DNA of 64,000 nucleotides from Podarcis gaigeae (taxonomy: Eukaryota), in the NCBI GenBank assembly GCA_964106915.2, contig OZ066915.1; one strand, 5' to 3'. Below the pieces are notes generated by a model. That model was not told the origin of the DNA, made no database searches, and saw nothing but the letters and a program-made list of their open reading frames with translations. The position numbers and the translations under genes were made by a program. Positions 46,681 to 61,439 of this stretch are shown here, one piece after another; within the stretch, counting starts at the first letter, position 1; each line of letters opens with the position of its first letter.

Positions 46681-49600
46681 ATAAATAAGCACAGAGGATG
46701 CATATAACCATCATAACCAATCAACATTAATTCTTCTTGCATTCTTTTCACTTTTAGAGTTAAGCTGCCTACTAAGCCAGGACTCAGGGGATTATGAAAT
46801 GTTGTCATCCCACCTTTTGAAAACTTAATTCAACATTTAGAGTTTAGCTGTTTGCTGAACCAGAGCCTACACAATTCAGATTATTTCTCATTTAAGTCTT
46901 TAAGATAAGCTTGACATTTGAGCTATTGCATCTTTGTCAATCATGCTAGTCAGTCTCCAGTGATACAGCTCATGACAATCAAAATATCTGTGAATATGTA
47001 TTTTACTGGGGTTGCATGGCTGTTGTTGGGGAAATCTAATATGTTTCAGCAGCAGGTATGTATAAGAACATTCAGTACTCATTGTTTACTTATTTTTGTC
47101 AGTTCCCTTATTAAATGTAGGCTTTCCCTCTTGAGGTGGACTTCTTTTTTCTTTTCTTGTTGCTTTGCATTTGAAACATTCGTATTTTCAATGACACAGA
47201 GGTGTGATTCAAAGCTCAAAAATAGTGAATGAATGTGACACTTGGAAATAAAATTAAAGTCCAGCCTTGAGTTTATGGTCTAGGATTGTTGTTTTTCTTT
47301 CTATCTCTATCACTAAGATGTTCATAGTCATACATTTAGAAGTCCCAGAATCCATCTGTCAACAATGCTAGAACATGCTGGGATATGCCTGTCCAAAGAC
47401 AGGTCGGTCAAGCCAGTTCCCTAAATATGTCACAATAATTTCCAAACACTAATCTCTCTCTGTGCCAATGCATTGAAAGATACAGAAAAGACTCAATCTT
47501 CTGTCAAGCTAGATATTGATTTAGAATGTGACCATTTAACAGTGAAGGAGTAACAGAAGGAATTTACATTCTTTTAAGATCAACAGCTTTTTGTTACACA
47601 GGAAGCTATACTTTGTCAAAGGAGACAAAGTTTATGAACTCAAGAAACACACAATTTACCAGTATCAGAGATCATTTGCCTAAATGTATCTTACATGTTT
47701 TCACAAGCAAGCATTTTTTTAGTTTTTATGGTATGTGTATTCATATACCTTGTATGTGTTGATCTGTCTTCATGTTCTAAAACAATCCTGTATCATTTTG
47801 TATGGTTATGGCTTACGATTTATAGGTGTCTCCCCACCACCACTAGTGTGCTGTGTGCATCATTTTCATATCTATATTTTATCACAGTGTATATTTTAAA
47901 AAGTTGTGTATAACTGGCTGTGGAACGAGCAACGATTCTGAATTCTAAGCATATTGCATTCATTTAGTGATAATATAATTATAAGTGTTTAAGCTGCAAC
48001 AATATCATCATCATCATCGATTAAATTTGTATACCACCCTTCATCTGAGGTTCACTGGGCAATTTACAATATTAAAACACACACAAAAATACCATAGCAA
48101 CAATCACAAACAAAACTCCCAGTTTAAAAGGTGATATATTGTTTAATTAACCAAAGCCTAATTTATGCACTTTTCATTCAACCCTTTCTCCTCAACAAAG
48201 CGTAGTAATGCTTGTATGTATGTACAACCCACCTCACAAGTTGTGTTACAGAAGTGGTGGGGACATGCAAACTCTCAGAATTCCCTAACTATGCAAGGAG
48301 GAAGAACCATTGTGGCTCACACAGTGTTACATTAGCACCTCACAATTGTCAGTTAATGTTGTCCAGCTTTTCCTCCATTCTTTGGGTCATTCTATTAGCC
48401 AAATTCTATGGATCCTTAAGTCCCACTGAATTCAATGGGGCTTTTGCCAATAAAGTGTGTGCAGAGCTGCAGCTCAGGTTCTGCTGCTATGTGTTTCCTC
48501 ACAAGTCCTTTTCATTGCTTCTAAAATTCCACATCAGTGTTCTTGTGTGCATTAATTTGAATCACCTGTACATTTCAATGGTCTCAATTATCATTCTTCA
48601 GATGACTGTGTTCTATTAATAGTATTGTCCTCATGTGAGATTCCATATTTGTGCATTATTAAATTGCCCCAGCACCCTCCACAGAACCACTGGTAGTTTG
48701 TGAAGATTGTTACAGCAAAATGCTTACTTTTTTGGTTTGTTCATTCTTAGAGTTTGTGGGGGGAAACAGAGGTCAGCAGTACCTGAATTTTTAACCCCTT
48801 TGGTGAATACTGTAGTTTGCAATGTGGCTTTCCTTTAGAAATCCTCCTTGATTGACCACACCTTGCCTTCTGTTATTGCCATGGTGGCTTGCATTGTGAT
48901 GACATATGATGTTGCCATTTGAGTTTGCATTGCTGCTGCTGCTGTTTTTAATCAGTGATTCAATTTTGCTCAGTTGATAACTTTATTCCACAAGGTGATA
49001 TGAAGCAACACTTCTGAAGCCCACAAAATCAGAGAAATTTTGAACCAAGGTTTGATCATCTATCTGAAGCAACTAAATACGATGAGCAGGAAAACAGTCC
49101 CCAGCATGTAGGAATAAACAAGCAGATTTTCTGATCAAGAGACCACAACTATCCCTTTGCATTTCTCCTCCCTTCTCTACCACAGCTCTTCTTGGGCAGT
49201 GGCTGATTTGGGCCCTGTTTACATTTTCATCTGTGAAATAATCTTATTTCCTGAAGCCAAATACCAAAGGTATGACAAATGAGAGCATCTGTGCAAGTGC
49301 AGAGCTCCTACGCTTTAGAAGCTGCAAGCACGTGCACCAAGATATGATCACAAAAACAGGGAACCCCTGAATAGTTCTCATCCATTTTTTGACTGAGCTG
49401 TGTCACAAGGGATGTCTAGCAGATATGTCAGCGCAATGTTTTGGAAATCACACCGGAGGTCAGATGCAGTTCCAAGAAATCTTTGTCCTGTTTATGACCA
49501 GATGTGTTTCTGGCCTTTATGAAGGACCACGGAAAGCCTCATCCTTGTTCCCCCACCCCCCGAAGGCCTTTCTGTTTTTAACATTTGACAGGGAAGGGGA

Positions 49601-50551
49601 AATACGACAGGCTTTAATAAATTCCTAAAATCCAGGAGAGGATGTCCTAGAATCTTTGAACTGGAGTGCAGGAGAAAGCAGACTTAAACGTAATACTCTT
49701 TTCTCAGCTGAAGAAGGAAATTCACTGCCTTTGTATTTTTTATAGCAACAGAAAGTCAGAGTCCCCAGTCTGCTGAGACAAAGGATAAGAAGTTGTGGGG
49801 GAAGAGACCACCTGTCAGAATTGAGGTTCCAGAATATCACCATCTGAACCATAACAAGTCTAAAGGGAAAGTGACGGGATGATCCTTTCTGGGACACAAA
49901 ACTGGACTTAGATGTAATCTGGGTGGAAGTGTATGAAACCACTGGCTTCTCTGGAGCTTCAAGACATCTGCAGAATGATTGAATTCTTGGCATCAGAGTG
50001 ACTTCACTGTAGTGTTATCACTGCATGTAGACAGACTTTCAGTTTGCTCAATTAATGTTCACGAAGCTGTGGCTGGGGCCTCTGCTGCTGTAGCTCATTG
50101 ATGGCAGAATCCCCACAACTTTCTGTTTGTGCTTTTCAGAGCAGAAGTTTATTTCTTCTTTTTCTTCCCTCGTCCTTTTTCTTCTCTTTCCTGCATTTTC
50201 AAGCATGCTGGGGCCTCGTGCCACCAAGTCAGTGCTATCGTACACGTGTGTTGCAGGAGCAGATTTAGGGAAACTGGAAACCGGACTTTTTTAAAAAAAA
50301 CCTGGGAAAATTACAATACTAAAGTTGCAATATTAGTATGCCTGTAAGTCCCACTGGATTCAACTGGCCTTACATCTGAGTAAACCTGCATAGGACTGAG
50401 GTTCACACCAGCTCCTTTCTTCTTTTAAGTCAGATGGCTTGCTTTAAGTCTCTGTGCTTGCTGGGCACTCAGAATTTTGCCCCAAGTATGATATAGTAAA
50501 AACAGAGAGGAGGATGTGGCATGACCGGGGTGGAGTGAGACAAGGAGATTT

Positions 50552-50720
50552 TTAATAATAATAATAATTTATTATTTATACCCCGCCCATCTGGCTGGGC
50601 CTCCCCAGCCACTCTGGGCGGCTTCCATAAAAACCAAAAATACAGTAAAATATCACACATTAAAAAGCAAAGGATTAGAATGTCTGGGTAAAAAAAAAAA
50701 GAACCAATTAAATAATTAAC
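50552..50720 (-). mobile_element. Squamate L2-type LINE 3' end with (AAT)n tail; similar relics at ~48000-48160 and ~18670-18800
   Basis: (taa)n tttattatttataccccgcccatctggctggg...ccagccactctgggcggcttcc followed by A-rich sequence. Confidence 0.7.
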
Positions 50721-50780
50721 CATTACTTGATTTTAATGATCTACATTTAACAAAATCAAATAATTTTACAATGAAGTGGA

Positions 50781-50921
50781 AAGGGCTGCAGATCAGTGGG
50801 AGTCATGCAGGAAGTTCAGTCTCTGGAATCTCCAGGTAGGCTGAAATGGACCTGCCACCCCATATCGCCTGAAACTGCTGCTGCCAGTCACAATACAGAG
50901 CAGAAGGCAGCTTCCTATGTT
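50781..50921 (+). mobile_element. Degenerate SINE of the aggcagcttcctatgttcc family
   Basis: tctccaggtagggctg...ctgctgccagtc...aaggcagcttcctatgtt. Confidence 0.7.
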
Positions 50922-51707
50922 GCATTTATTGATTATTGTAGAAATGACTTGTGGCTCCAAAATATCAAATAGGCATTAAAATCTGGATTGCTCCTGCAAT
51001 GTTTATTTCTCTCTCTTTTACGACAGATGCATTCCCATTGCTTTCTATGCAAATAGCACTGTTCTACTATTGCTATGGAAATAATTTTCGTATTTGCATA
51101 TGATTTACCTTTAAGCTTTCTTTTCCCCCAAGCATGTATTGCAACTTTATGTTGCAAATACTAAGAAGAAAGAAAACAACAAATGCTTTAAATAGGCAAG
51201 AGACTGCAAATATATAACTGTAGCTTGTTAGCAATTCTGAGGGATTTCACAATGATGATATACAAAACACACTGAATAGCTGTCTAGTCTAACTTGTCCA
51301 GTCACAAGTACCGGTAATCCCTACTGAGGCAAATGGGACTTACTCCCAAGTTATTCAGTGTAGAAATTGCAGTGTCGTAGTGACATCATGACTTGGAAAC
51401 AATGCTTTTTCAATTGGGATAAAACACTGTTAACTGTGGGTATTATTGATTTTTAAATTATTTTAACCCAGCTGGAAAAGCATTGCTTCCAAGGCACCAG
51501 ATCACTACAATACTTGTTCTTACCTCAAATTTAACTGCAACCATTTATCTTTTGAAAGCATATTTCAGGAGTGCTGTTTGTTACCATGGAGATATAATAT
51601 AATGTAATGTCACGAGCTTTTTCTCAGTGAACTGTGCTAATTTGTTTTAAAATGTTATAAACCCTTAAAGGTTGGGCTTTCTTTTAATACCGTTGTAGCC
51701 ATTTGAC

Positions 51708-51750
<43 letters not shown>

Positions 51751-51751
51751 A
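51708..51751. repeat. (AGAA)n microsatellite, about 11 units
   Basis: Direct reading of the sequence. Confidence 0.97.
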
Positions 51752-53076
51752 CGAACTTGAGCAAAGTGTATTTAATCTGGATATATCAAAATTATGAGCC
51801 TGCCAATCTTGTCTCTGTTTTCCATAGAAAGAAACCCAAGGAAGCAGACTGTTCTATGGTCGTGCAGTGAGCTGAGGTTCAGCTCACTATAATTCAAAAT
51901 GCTGCTGTTCATAGAAGAAAACTGGTTAAGGCTTGGTCTTATTTCCTTTCACAAAACTCAAATCTCTGTGCATGTGAGAAGGAGCAGCAGCTATTGATTC
52001 CCTGGGGGGAGCAAGCTGAGCAATGATTCTTTACTGAAGCCTCAAAATTTGGCTGAGAATCTCTGGAGCAGACATTTAGGAGGAAGATTGGCATCCTTAA
52101 TTAAAAGTTTAGCCTGCATTAAGCCAACTTGCCGCCTTTCCATATGTTAAATTCCACTGCTCCCCAATAGGTTTATATTGGCAAGTGGAGCCTGAGTGCA
52201 TTCATGGTTCATATCATTCATCATTTTTTCATCAAAAGCATGGAAATCCTTTCCCCAGTGTGCAGAGCAGTTTTACAGAAATACTATAAAACTCGACAGG
52301 GGCTCTGTTTCAATAGAATTACATTGGTATCAGTAGCCTGGTAAATATCAGAGTTGAAATTAATCAAAGGGGCTTATGGAACCAATTCCAAATATATTAT
52401 ACAACAAAACAGGTTTTACATAGAAAGGTCATTTGGAACTTCCCTATCAACCTCACTCTTTTTAAGAAGATGGGGGTGGATATGGAGGAGTGAGGAAATA
52501 AAAATAATGCAATGGTTTATCTAGGAGGACAGGAAGGTGAATGTTCCTGTTTCACCTCCTGCTTCAGGAACTCTTTGAGAAAGCTGCGCAAGGTGAAAAT
52601 CATATTTGTCTCCAGTTTCTAAGGCCCAAATCTAAAACTTCAGCTGAGCCTACCTTTTTTTAAGGCCCCTTTTTATAAACAAACCAATAATGCATAATAT
52701 GTAAACAGGATGTGGAACATTTGCTAGTGGCACAGATTCAGCATATGCAGCAAGAAGCAGTCTCATGCTTGCAAGTGTCCACCTACACTGCATATGTTTC
52801 CATAGGGTTCCATATTTACGTAGACAGCTGCCCAACAGTATGTCCAGTACTTCAACAGAACAGATTGGTAGTAGAAGTTGTGTAGCCATTCCTGGATCAA
52901 TGCTATAAATGTATTTGACCACAGAAAGGGTTCTGCATGAAAACATTCTTCTAAACAGAACAGACAGAGCGGAAAAATAGAGTTGCTTATTTTGAGGTAG
53001 ATGTTCAATGAACAGTTTGACTGTTGAGAATACAATGTAAGATTAAAATAGGCATTTAGGTTGCAACACTAATATA

Positions 53077-53298
53077 CCGTATTTTCTGCTCTATAAGACT
53101 CACCTTTTCCATCCTAAAAAGTAAGGGGAAATGTGTGTGTCCTATGGAGCGAATGCAGGCTGCGCAGCTTTCACTGTGCAGTGATCCCTCTTGCTGTTCT
53201 GGCTTCTGAGATTCAGAATCCCCCCCCCCCTTGTTTTTCTCCTCCAAAAACTAGGTGTGTCTTGTGGTCTGGTGCGTCTTATAGAGCAAAAAATACGG
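53077..53298. mobile_element. Tc1/mariner MITE, 222 bp
   Basis: TIRs CCGTATTTTCTGCTCTATAAGAC / GTCTTATAGAGCAAAAAATACGG, flanked by TA on both sides. Confidence 0.92.
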
Positions 53299-54353
53299 TA
53301 TTTACTTACTCAGGAGTAAGCCCAATTGAACTCAATAGGATTTATTTCTAAGTTGGCATGTATAGGATTCTGGGGTTACTTTCCCTTTCAATTTGGAAAC
53401 TGTGCTAGAAATTAATCCTCTTGGGGAGATGGGGCAGGGACAGCTGCCAGGAGAGAGAGGGAGAAAGAAAGAACAGGAGCTTTAGGTCATTTCTAAGTCC
53501 CAATAGTACCACTCTAGTGATAACACAACTCTTTCTTGCATTAATTTTATGGGACATGATTTATATCCTTCATCTCTCAAACATGATGCCTTCTTGAACC
53601 ACTGGCATTTCATTTCTGCCTTTGACCACCCAGTAGCGTACAGCAGCCTGGCTCCTTTTCTACTTCCAGGCTGCTTCAGTAGGCCTTGGCATGATCCCAA
53701 CCCTGCCACTTCATGTGATATTCCCTACTCAATCTGTCATCTCTTTTCCTGTTGTGTGGCTTCTTTCCAAGTTGCAGTAAGGAGCTCATCACACTTGCTG
53801 GTCTAGCAAAAGGTTTTCTTTCCTTTCCTTTTTCCATTTGCTTAGTATTGGCTTCTCTGAATGGTGCAGAGCTGAGGGTACCCGGTTAAAATTTTCTATA
53901 CAAAAAGCTAGCAGGACAGACAAGTGACAAAGCAGCATAATTCTATAAGTGATAAAGTTGCAATTTATTTAAAAAATATTTAATTTGTTCATTTTAGATT
54001 CTTAAGAAAAGTATTACCCATTTCATTTGTCTTTTGTTTCCTCCAATAAAAATGTTCACATTCCATTAAATTGTTTACTTTTGTTTGTTTCTGCCCGCTG
54101 ATTTTTAAAGAAAGATGCTGAAATTGCATAATTATTTTTTTCCTATCGTTCATTAATTTAATGTTTTAAAGGTCATGGAACTATCTTTTTTGAAATTACT
54201 CTGTTCATGTGCCATTCACTTATGAAGCTTTTGCAGGAAAAGAGCTCTTCCTTTTTGAGCTCCCATTTGTACCTACAAAGACTACAATGTTACTTTCAGA
54301 TCAAAAACTGAAATTAAACGTTCTGTCAACTAGGATTTTGTTAAAACACACAG

Positions 54354-54354
54354 C

Positions 54355-54385
<31 letters not shown>
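54354..54385. repeat. (CAA)n microsatellite
   Basis: Direct reading of the sequence. Confidence 0.95.
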
Positions 54386-57059
54386 GACCATAAATTTTCA
54401 ATTTTTGAACATCTATCATGTATCTGTTTTTAAAAGGAAGAAAAACTGTTTGTACACATGGAGAATTAAAATACATATACAACTTCAGAAATAAACAAAT
54501 CAAATTTACTTTTTCAGTGTACCTTCAAAGTAACTCAATCTTTCTGTGTTTTCTTAACAGTGAATCTATTGCCTATTCAGAAATACCAGCTCAGATAGTA
54601 TGGTGAAGTGACAGATGGAAAGCGCAGGGATGAAGGAAAGCAGTTTAGCACAGCATGTCTGTTAGAGTAAATGGATGAAATTGCATTATTATGGACAAAC
54701 ACCCTACACAGCCTCTTAACAGAATGGCAGGAGTTACTTCATATCAGCCAACAAATACTTGCAAGAATTATGAACTTTGCTGCATGCTTGCTTGGCAGGC
54801 AGTTACTCACTTTTACTCTCACAAGGCATTGACATTTCATTAGATGCATTGATTTAAATGTATTAAATGCAAGTGCAAATGAATCAGGACTAAATGGTTG
54901 AAAGAATCAAGTCTTATGGAGAAACATTCTCAGCTATATAGGATGGAAGATGAGTTGCTGGTAAAGCTGATGGCAAATGCAGAAAGTGGGTTAATTTCTT
55001 AATCTGAATTGTGTCCAAACCTCATATTTCTACGAAGATCAGCCTACTGGCAGATTATCTGATGAAGTGGAAATTAATACTATTATCAATAGAGATATGG
55101 CTCAGACTGTTAGAAGGTAACTTTTCACAAAACTGTTTTAGCACGATTGTTTTAAAATGTCCCAAAAGCAAAACATCAAGAGCACAAAAGACGAGGGCCC
55201 TAGAAGAATTCCCCCTCGTGCAAAATACCACACCAGTCAGTTTGCATTAAATAATAGAAAGCAACCATAAGAAACCACAGCAAAATAGTGTTGAGCTGCT
55301 ATTGAGCCAGGGCTTTCCAACCTGTAGCCTAGCGCAGCATTCTCTTTACATCCATTAGCCTTGACAGATGTGTTTGCTGTGGCTCACATGGCTAAAAGGT
55401 AAGAAAAATCCACCAACGTGTTGCTCTCACATTCTGAAATCAAGGGAGGTTCATACGCTGAATCATAAACTTCAACAGAAAATATTTTCCAGACTTTTGG
55501 CAAACTTCACAAAACAATGTTCACAAAGCAAACAGTCAGCCGGATGTAAAGGAGACAAACATTTAGTTACGGTTTTTATAGTTATGGATTAAATATTCTG
55601 CGGCTGATGGAATTTGAGCGATGCAGTGTCAGACTCTGAATTAGCAAAGTATAGGGGTCCCCCACAACTCTTGCAGTCTAATGTTCAGTGCTCTATCCTT
55701 CATCAGTCATCAGGCCCTGGGTGGTACAGCATGACTAAGATCTATGTTATATAATGTCTGTCCCACTGCATGGAAATTTAATCACATCCATAGAGTCAGG
55801 AGCACAGGTTATGTTGGGACGAGACTTTTGTTTCACTGGGCCACAGACAAGTTTTAAGTGCTGATCCCCATTGCACTAGCTACCACATTAACCCGGCCCA
55901 CGCTGAATAGTTTCCACCTGCTTAGTTAAAAACTAAACAAAACTAAGCAGAGTTTTGGAAATCTTGCACAAACATGACATCATTGTTTTTTAAAGGAACA
56001 AAATGAAACAACTTGAATTCTTTGCAGTCCATCTAGAAGAGAGAATGTCAGTTGAAAATTGTAATACTAGCAACATTCATTGCACAGTCAAATGTAAATA
56101 GGTTTCTATTAGGGTAAGCAGGAAAAAAACAAGGTTGCTGTTGTGTCAGTGGAAAAACGGATATTGGGCAGCACTGATAATTTTTTTTCAGAGGAGGAGA
56201 GAAGGGTACTACTTTTTAAAGCAAATGAATGAAATTAAGCCCACTTTTATGAGGACATTAATAAGCAAACCATTCAACAGAAACAGTACTTTAGAAGTGG
56301 TTCCTTAAAATCAAGGAAGCTAAGAGGCAAATGTTTTATTTAGCTATGGAGCTTCTAAACTGACCTTCTTGTAAATAGAATCCAGAGTAGTTTGCAAAAA
56401 TTAAATAATCAACCAGTAAAATGCAATTAAAATTTTAAATCCTACACCAACATTTCTAAAAACCCTCACAAATGAAGAGATAAAACAACCCAAGGATTAT
56501 GGATAATCTAATTAATTCTACAAAAGACAAAGGAAATCAAAGGTGTCTGGGCAATATTCAATGACCACATTCTGTCCGTGCAAGGATTTCCACTTGTGCA
56601 ATAGGTGTCCATCCTCTCTCCTCCCCCCACATGCACACTGCACCCTTCCCAAATAAGCTCCAGAGGGTTGAGGGAATCCCTATAACAGATTTAGGTGGAT
56701 TGAGTTAGAGGGACTAGTGGTATATTGTTGTTCTGATGGTGTATAGCAGGAAGCCAATGAACCTGCTATCTTCCTGAAGATTTCCGAAGATATGGGTGCT
56801 GTTTTCCCTCTGAACCTGATTCTAGCTGGTAGTAGATGTATGACATCCGAATCCAAGATCCAAATCTTGTTTTGCTTGAAGAAGTGCCAATTCCTTGAAG
56901 CAGCCATATGCTTATTCAAACCCAATTGTCAGCCTAGTCAACATTTTGCATCCTCAACAACGACCTAGACCTATGGTAGTTCTGTGGGCATTGGCAGATG
57001 GAGAATGTCACTAAATAAATGGTGGGGAAAACCCATAGCCACAGAAAATTCTGCAGATA

Positions 57060-57301
57060 CAGTGGTACCTTGGTTCTCGAACGGCTTAGTTGTCGAACAA
57101 ATCGGGGCCCGAAGGCCGCAAACCCAGAAGTAAGTGTTCCAGTTTGCGAATGTTTCTCGGAAGCCGAACATCCGATGCAGTTTCCGCTTGAGTGCAAAAA
57201 GCTTCTGCAGCCAATCAGAACCCACACCTTGGTTTTCAAACAATTTCGGGAGCCGAACAAACTCCTGGAACGGATTGAGTTTGAGAACCAAGGAGTCACT
57301 G
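57060..57301. mobile_element. Tc1/mariner (Tigger-like) MITE, 242 bp
   Basis: TIRs CAGTGGTACCTTGGTTCTC / GAGAACCAAGGAGTCACTG, flanked by TA, CpG-rich interior. Confidence 0.9.
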
Positions 57302-58265
57302 TATTTCCTTATTTGTGTGTGTTGGGGGGGGGTGTTTTCTTTTTTTAAAAAAATATTCTGAGAAATGTTGGTTTACCTCTAGTTCTTGTACCTCTTTCTC
57401 TCTGCATCTCTCTTGCCCCTTCATCTGTATTAGGAAAGGGGCCATGTGTTAAGCTTTCTTTTTGTTGCGTGCAGCCTTTGTTACTTAGCTGAGTTACTTA
57501 CTCAGAATTAAATTGTCAGCTTCATTACCAAACATACTTTCCCAGTGCTCTGCCAGCAATTTGCCAATAAGCATGCTATCCCCCTCAGGAAAGCAGAGCA
57601 GCTTGAAAAATATTAAAACTGTGTTGTGTCACAGTTGCTTCCCTCCCAACTGCGGGCTTGATTTTCTTTCCTCTTTCAGATCTGCCTGCTCTTGTGGATT
57701 CCAAACCTGTCAAGCAATGATGTCAAGAGATCTTTTCTCTCGCCCCCCCCCTTACTTAGTGCCCACATTCAGTGATGTGGCTGTTTCACCCTCCCCTGCT
57801 GCTGAAATTCCAGCTTATTCAAAAGGTTCAGGCTGTTCTGAGTGGCCCACATTAGTTGGGCATGTTTCCTTTCTATCAGATGAATGAGGTGGGTGCACAA
57901 TACATCTGCCTCCCACAGACATACACTTAGCTGAAATGCAAGGCCTTGCCCACAGCAGAGAGAGAGAGATTGGAGAGCATAAGCAGGGGCACTGTATATG
58001 GCTACAGTTATTCCATGAATTTCAAATATTGGCTTCTATTGCCATATTCCTGAGATTCTCAGCTTTCACTTCTAGCCCTCCTGGTTCCAAATATAACATT
58101 TTAAAAGCAAAAGGCAACATCTGCTAAAAGCTCTGAGATGGGGGTGGGGGTGTCTCAGAGGAGCTTCCAGCATGCAAGCTTCTTGCAGTTTCCCTGTTCA
58201 CAGTTCCCTGTCTCTACTATACACAAAAACACATTCCTAATTTACCTCCCATACCTCACTCCTCC

Positions 58266-58457
58266 TTAGGAACATAGGAAGCTATCTTATACCAAGTCAG
58301 ACCATTAGTCCATCTAGTCATGTACTGTTAGTACTGACAGGAAGCAGCTCTCCATGATTTCAGGTAAGGAATCTTTTCCAGCCCTACGTAGGGATGCCTA
58401 GATGCCAGAGATTAAACCAGGAACCTTCTGATTGCACTGATCTACAGCCTCCTTCCC
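58266..58457 (-). mobile_element. SINE of the aggcagcttcctatgttcc family
   Basis: ttaggaacataggaagctatcttataccaagtcagaccattagtccatctag...gatgccagagattaaaccaggaaccttctg. Confidence 0.8.
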
Positions 58458-60836
58458 CTTCACTTTTGCATTCATTTACAGTTAGGAGACAGAACATGCT
58501 TAATTTTAGTGTGGGTAGCATTGTCTTATCTAGCCTTTTATCTCTTCTGTTGATGCTGAGCAGATTTCGCATCTAATGCATAGCAAACATTCAAATTTTA
58601 AAAGATAGAGCACATAGGTAGATAAATAGATTTTGTATAAAACCTCCTGTTGACAGGAATAAATTATCATCATCATCATCATCATCATTGTTATTATTAT
58701 TATCTGGGTTGCCCCAAAGGCTTTGTAGGAATGGCTTGCCTGCCATTGTCTTTTAAGTTCCTGTTTCTTTTCCACTGAACTCCAGTTTTCATATGTGCAA
58801 CTGCACATTTTTACATCATCTTGGAAAATGAATCTGGGGTAGAAACTTAGTAACGGATAAATAAAATCCTTGATTGTAAATAAACTTACTTTGCTTTGTA
58901 GGATTTTGCCAAGCACTGAGCGATGAGCCACTCAATGAAGGAAACTTTTAGCTTTCTATTATTTTGTCCAGATAATAAAGCTGTTTTCATATGGATTAGG
59001 GATATATTTGTCTTTCTGTGTGTATGCATGGTAGATCTGTGTCTATGTGTTTTTGCAAAAGAAATAGCCTTTGTCTTCCCAGATACTAAGCCTATTGAAT
59101 GGAGCCCAGTGTTTGCTGGTATGCACACCTGTGGGAAGGGGAGGGAAGGCGAGCTTTTGTTTTGATGTGAGAGGCCCATATGCTGATCTGAATAACCTCA
59201 ACAATCCATTCACACCTTTGTCTTTCTTCTCCTATGTCTGAGGTCCCTTTTCCACTTCTTTGTTTTTACTTGTCTAGTCACACGTGTTCTGAATAGCTGC
59301 TCTGAGCCATTCAACTTTTCTGCATGTGTGCCTGTGCTTATGCGTTTGAAGGGCGGGAATGGTGAGGAGGGGGGAGTGAAGAGGAGGGGGAAAGGCTGAT
59401 AAGCTGTGACAAGTTGAACAAAACAGACTTCTGATCTCTTCCCCCCCCCCCTTTAAAAATCCTGAAAGCATTATGGTTTCTTGGACATAGCACATAGTCC
59501 AGACAAGTGGAGCTTTCAGAACTGAACTGCCCAGATCTCTTTCCTGTAATAGCAGTTGCAGGACCAGCTTCTCATACAGCTAAATTCCATACCTTTCAAA
59601 GGGGAGAGAGGTCTGTAAAGGTTTGCACAAGCTCACACATCTCCCATGGAAGCGGAGCTGGGGTCAATCCCTTGGGCTGCTCCAATTCTCCCACAGCCCA
59701 ACAGGCAGAGAGAGAGGGGGTGGGGTTCGGAACTGAATTGTTTGTTTCTCTCAGGAGTAAGATTCCAGCTCTAGCTCCTGACAGTAATGAATCATCCCAA
59801 TCCTGAACAAAAGTAGGGAAAAACTGGAAGGAAGCACTGTTGAGAACACAAAGGTAGGGAGAAGCTGCTGCTGCTGCTGCTATCACTACTACTGTGATTC
59901 TTGGTCACAGAGCCAGCCAGAACTAGAGAGCAGAATAATCCTCAGGTGCCATATTGATGGACAGCCTGCATGGGCAGTGTAGGAGAGGGAGAGAGAGAGG
60001 TGTATTGTGGCCTGGGATTCCCCACACCAGAATCAATCAATACCCACAGCTTCACCAGTGACACCCAGAATTAAAACCATGAAATGATTCTGTGTGGGGT
60101 TTTTTCTAACCAGAATAACACCCCAAGCTTGCAAAAGGGGCTGTGCTGCTTACTTAAAGAGGAACAAAAATAGTTCAAAGATTTTCAAGCAATGGTGCCA
60201 TCATGACAAGACTCTGGGGGCAGAGATCCAGGGCCCTGTTCAGTAGAATGAAGAGGATGGCTCCCAAATGCAGAACAGCAGGCTTCTCAAGTTGTGAAAT
60301 CATTGAAGTAACACACATTACAAAAAATGAAGGAGGGGGTTTTAGGCACCTAAGACTATTAAGTTCAAAGACTAACATTACCTAAGTGCATCCCTACTTT
60401 TGAGCATGTACATCTGGACAAGCCAGCCCTGAGGACTCCAAGATCCAGGTCCTGCAAAAACAGTGTCTACCTAACACTGTCATCATTAGATAGCTACACA
60501 TTTTTCGGCATGCCAGACAGGGGAAAAAGTTGTAGGAACCATTTTAAAATTAGGATATTAGTATGTTTCCTCCTTTCATGTAATATATGTCTTCTTTCCC
60601 ATGATAGACTGCTACAAACGTGTAGTTTGTGTTCAAAAGCCCCCCCACTTAAGACTCTTTCTTCCAAGTGTTGCAAGCCTAAGCCTAAGCCACATATAGG
60701 GATCAGTGTATAATAAGCAACTCACTTTTTCAGCTTCAGTTCTTTATAGTAAGCTCAGTAATGGATAGTATACCCAAGTTTATGAGCCGTAGCTCCTTTA
60801 CCAGTACCGTAAGACCAACTGTGTAGACACAAATCA

Positions 60837-61439
<603 letters not shown>

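Noticed and set aside
56934-57361. Four overlapping ORFs of 75-121 aa
   Set aside because: They coincide with a 242-bp non-autonomous MITE and show no transposase motifs.
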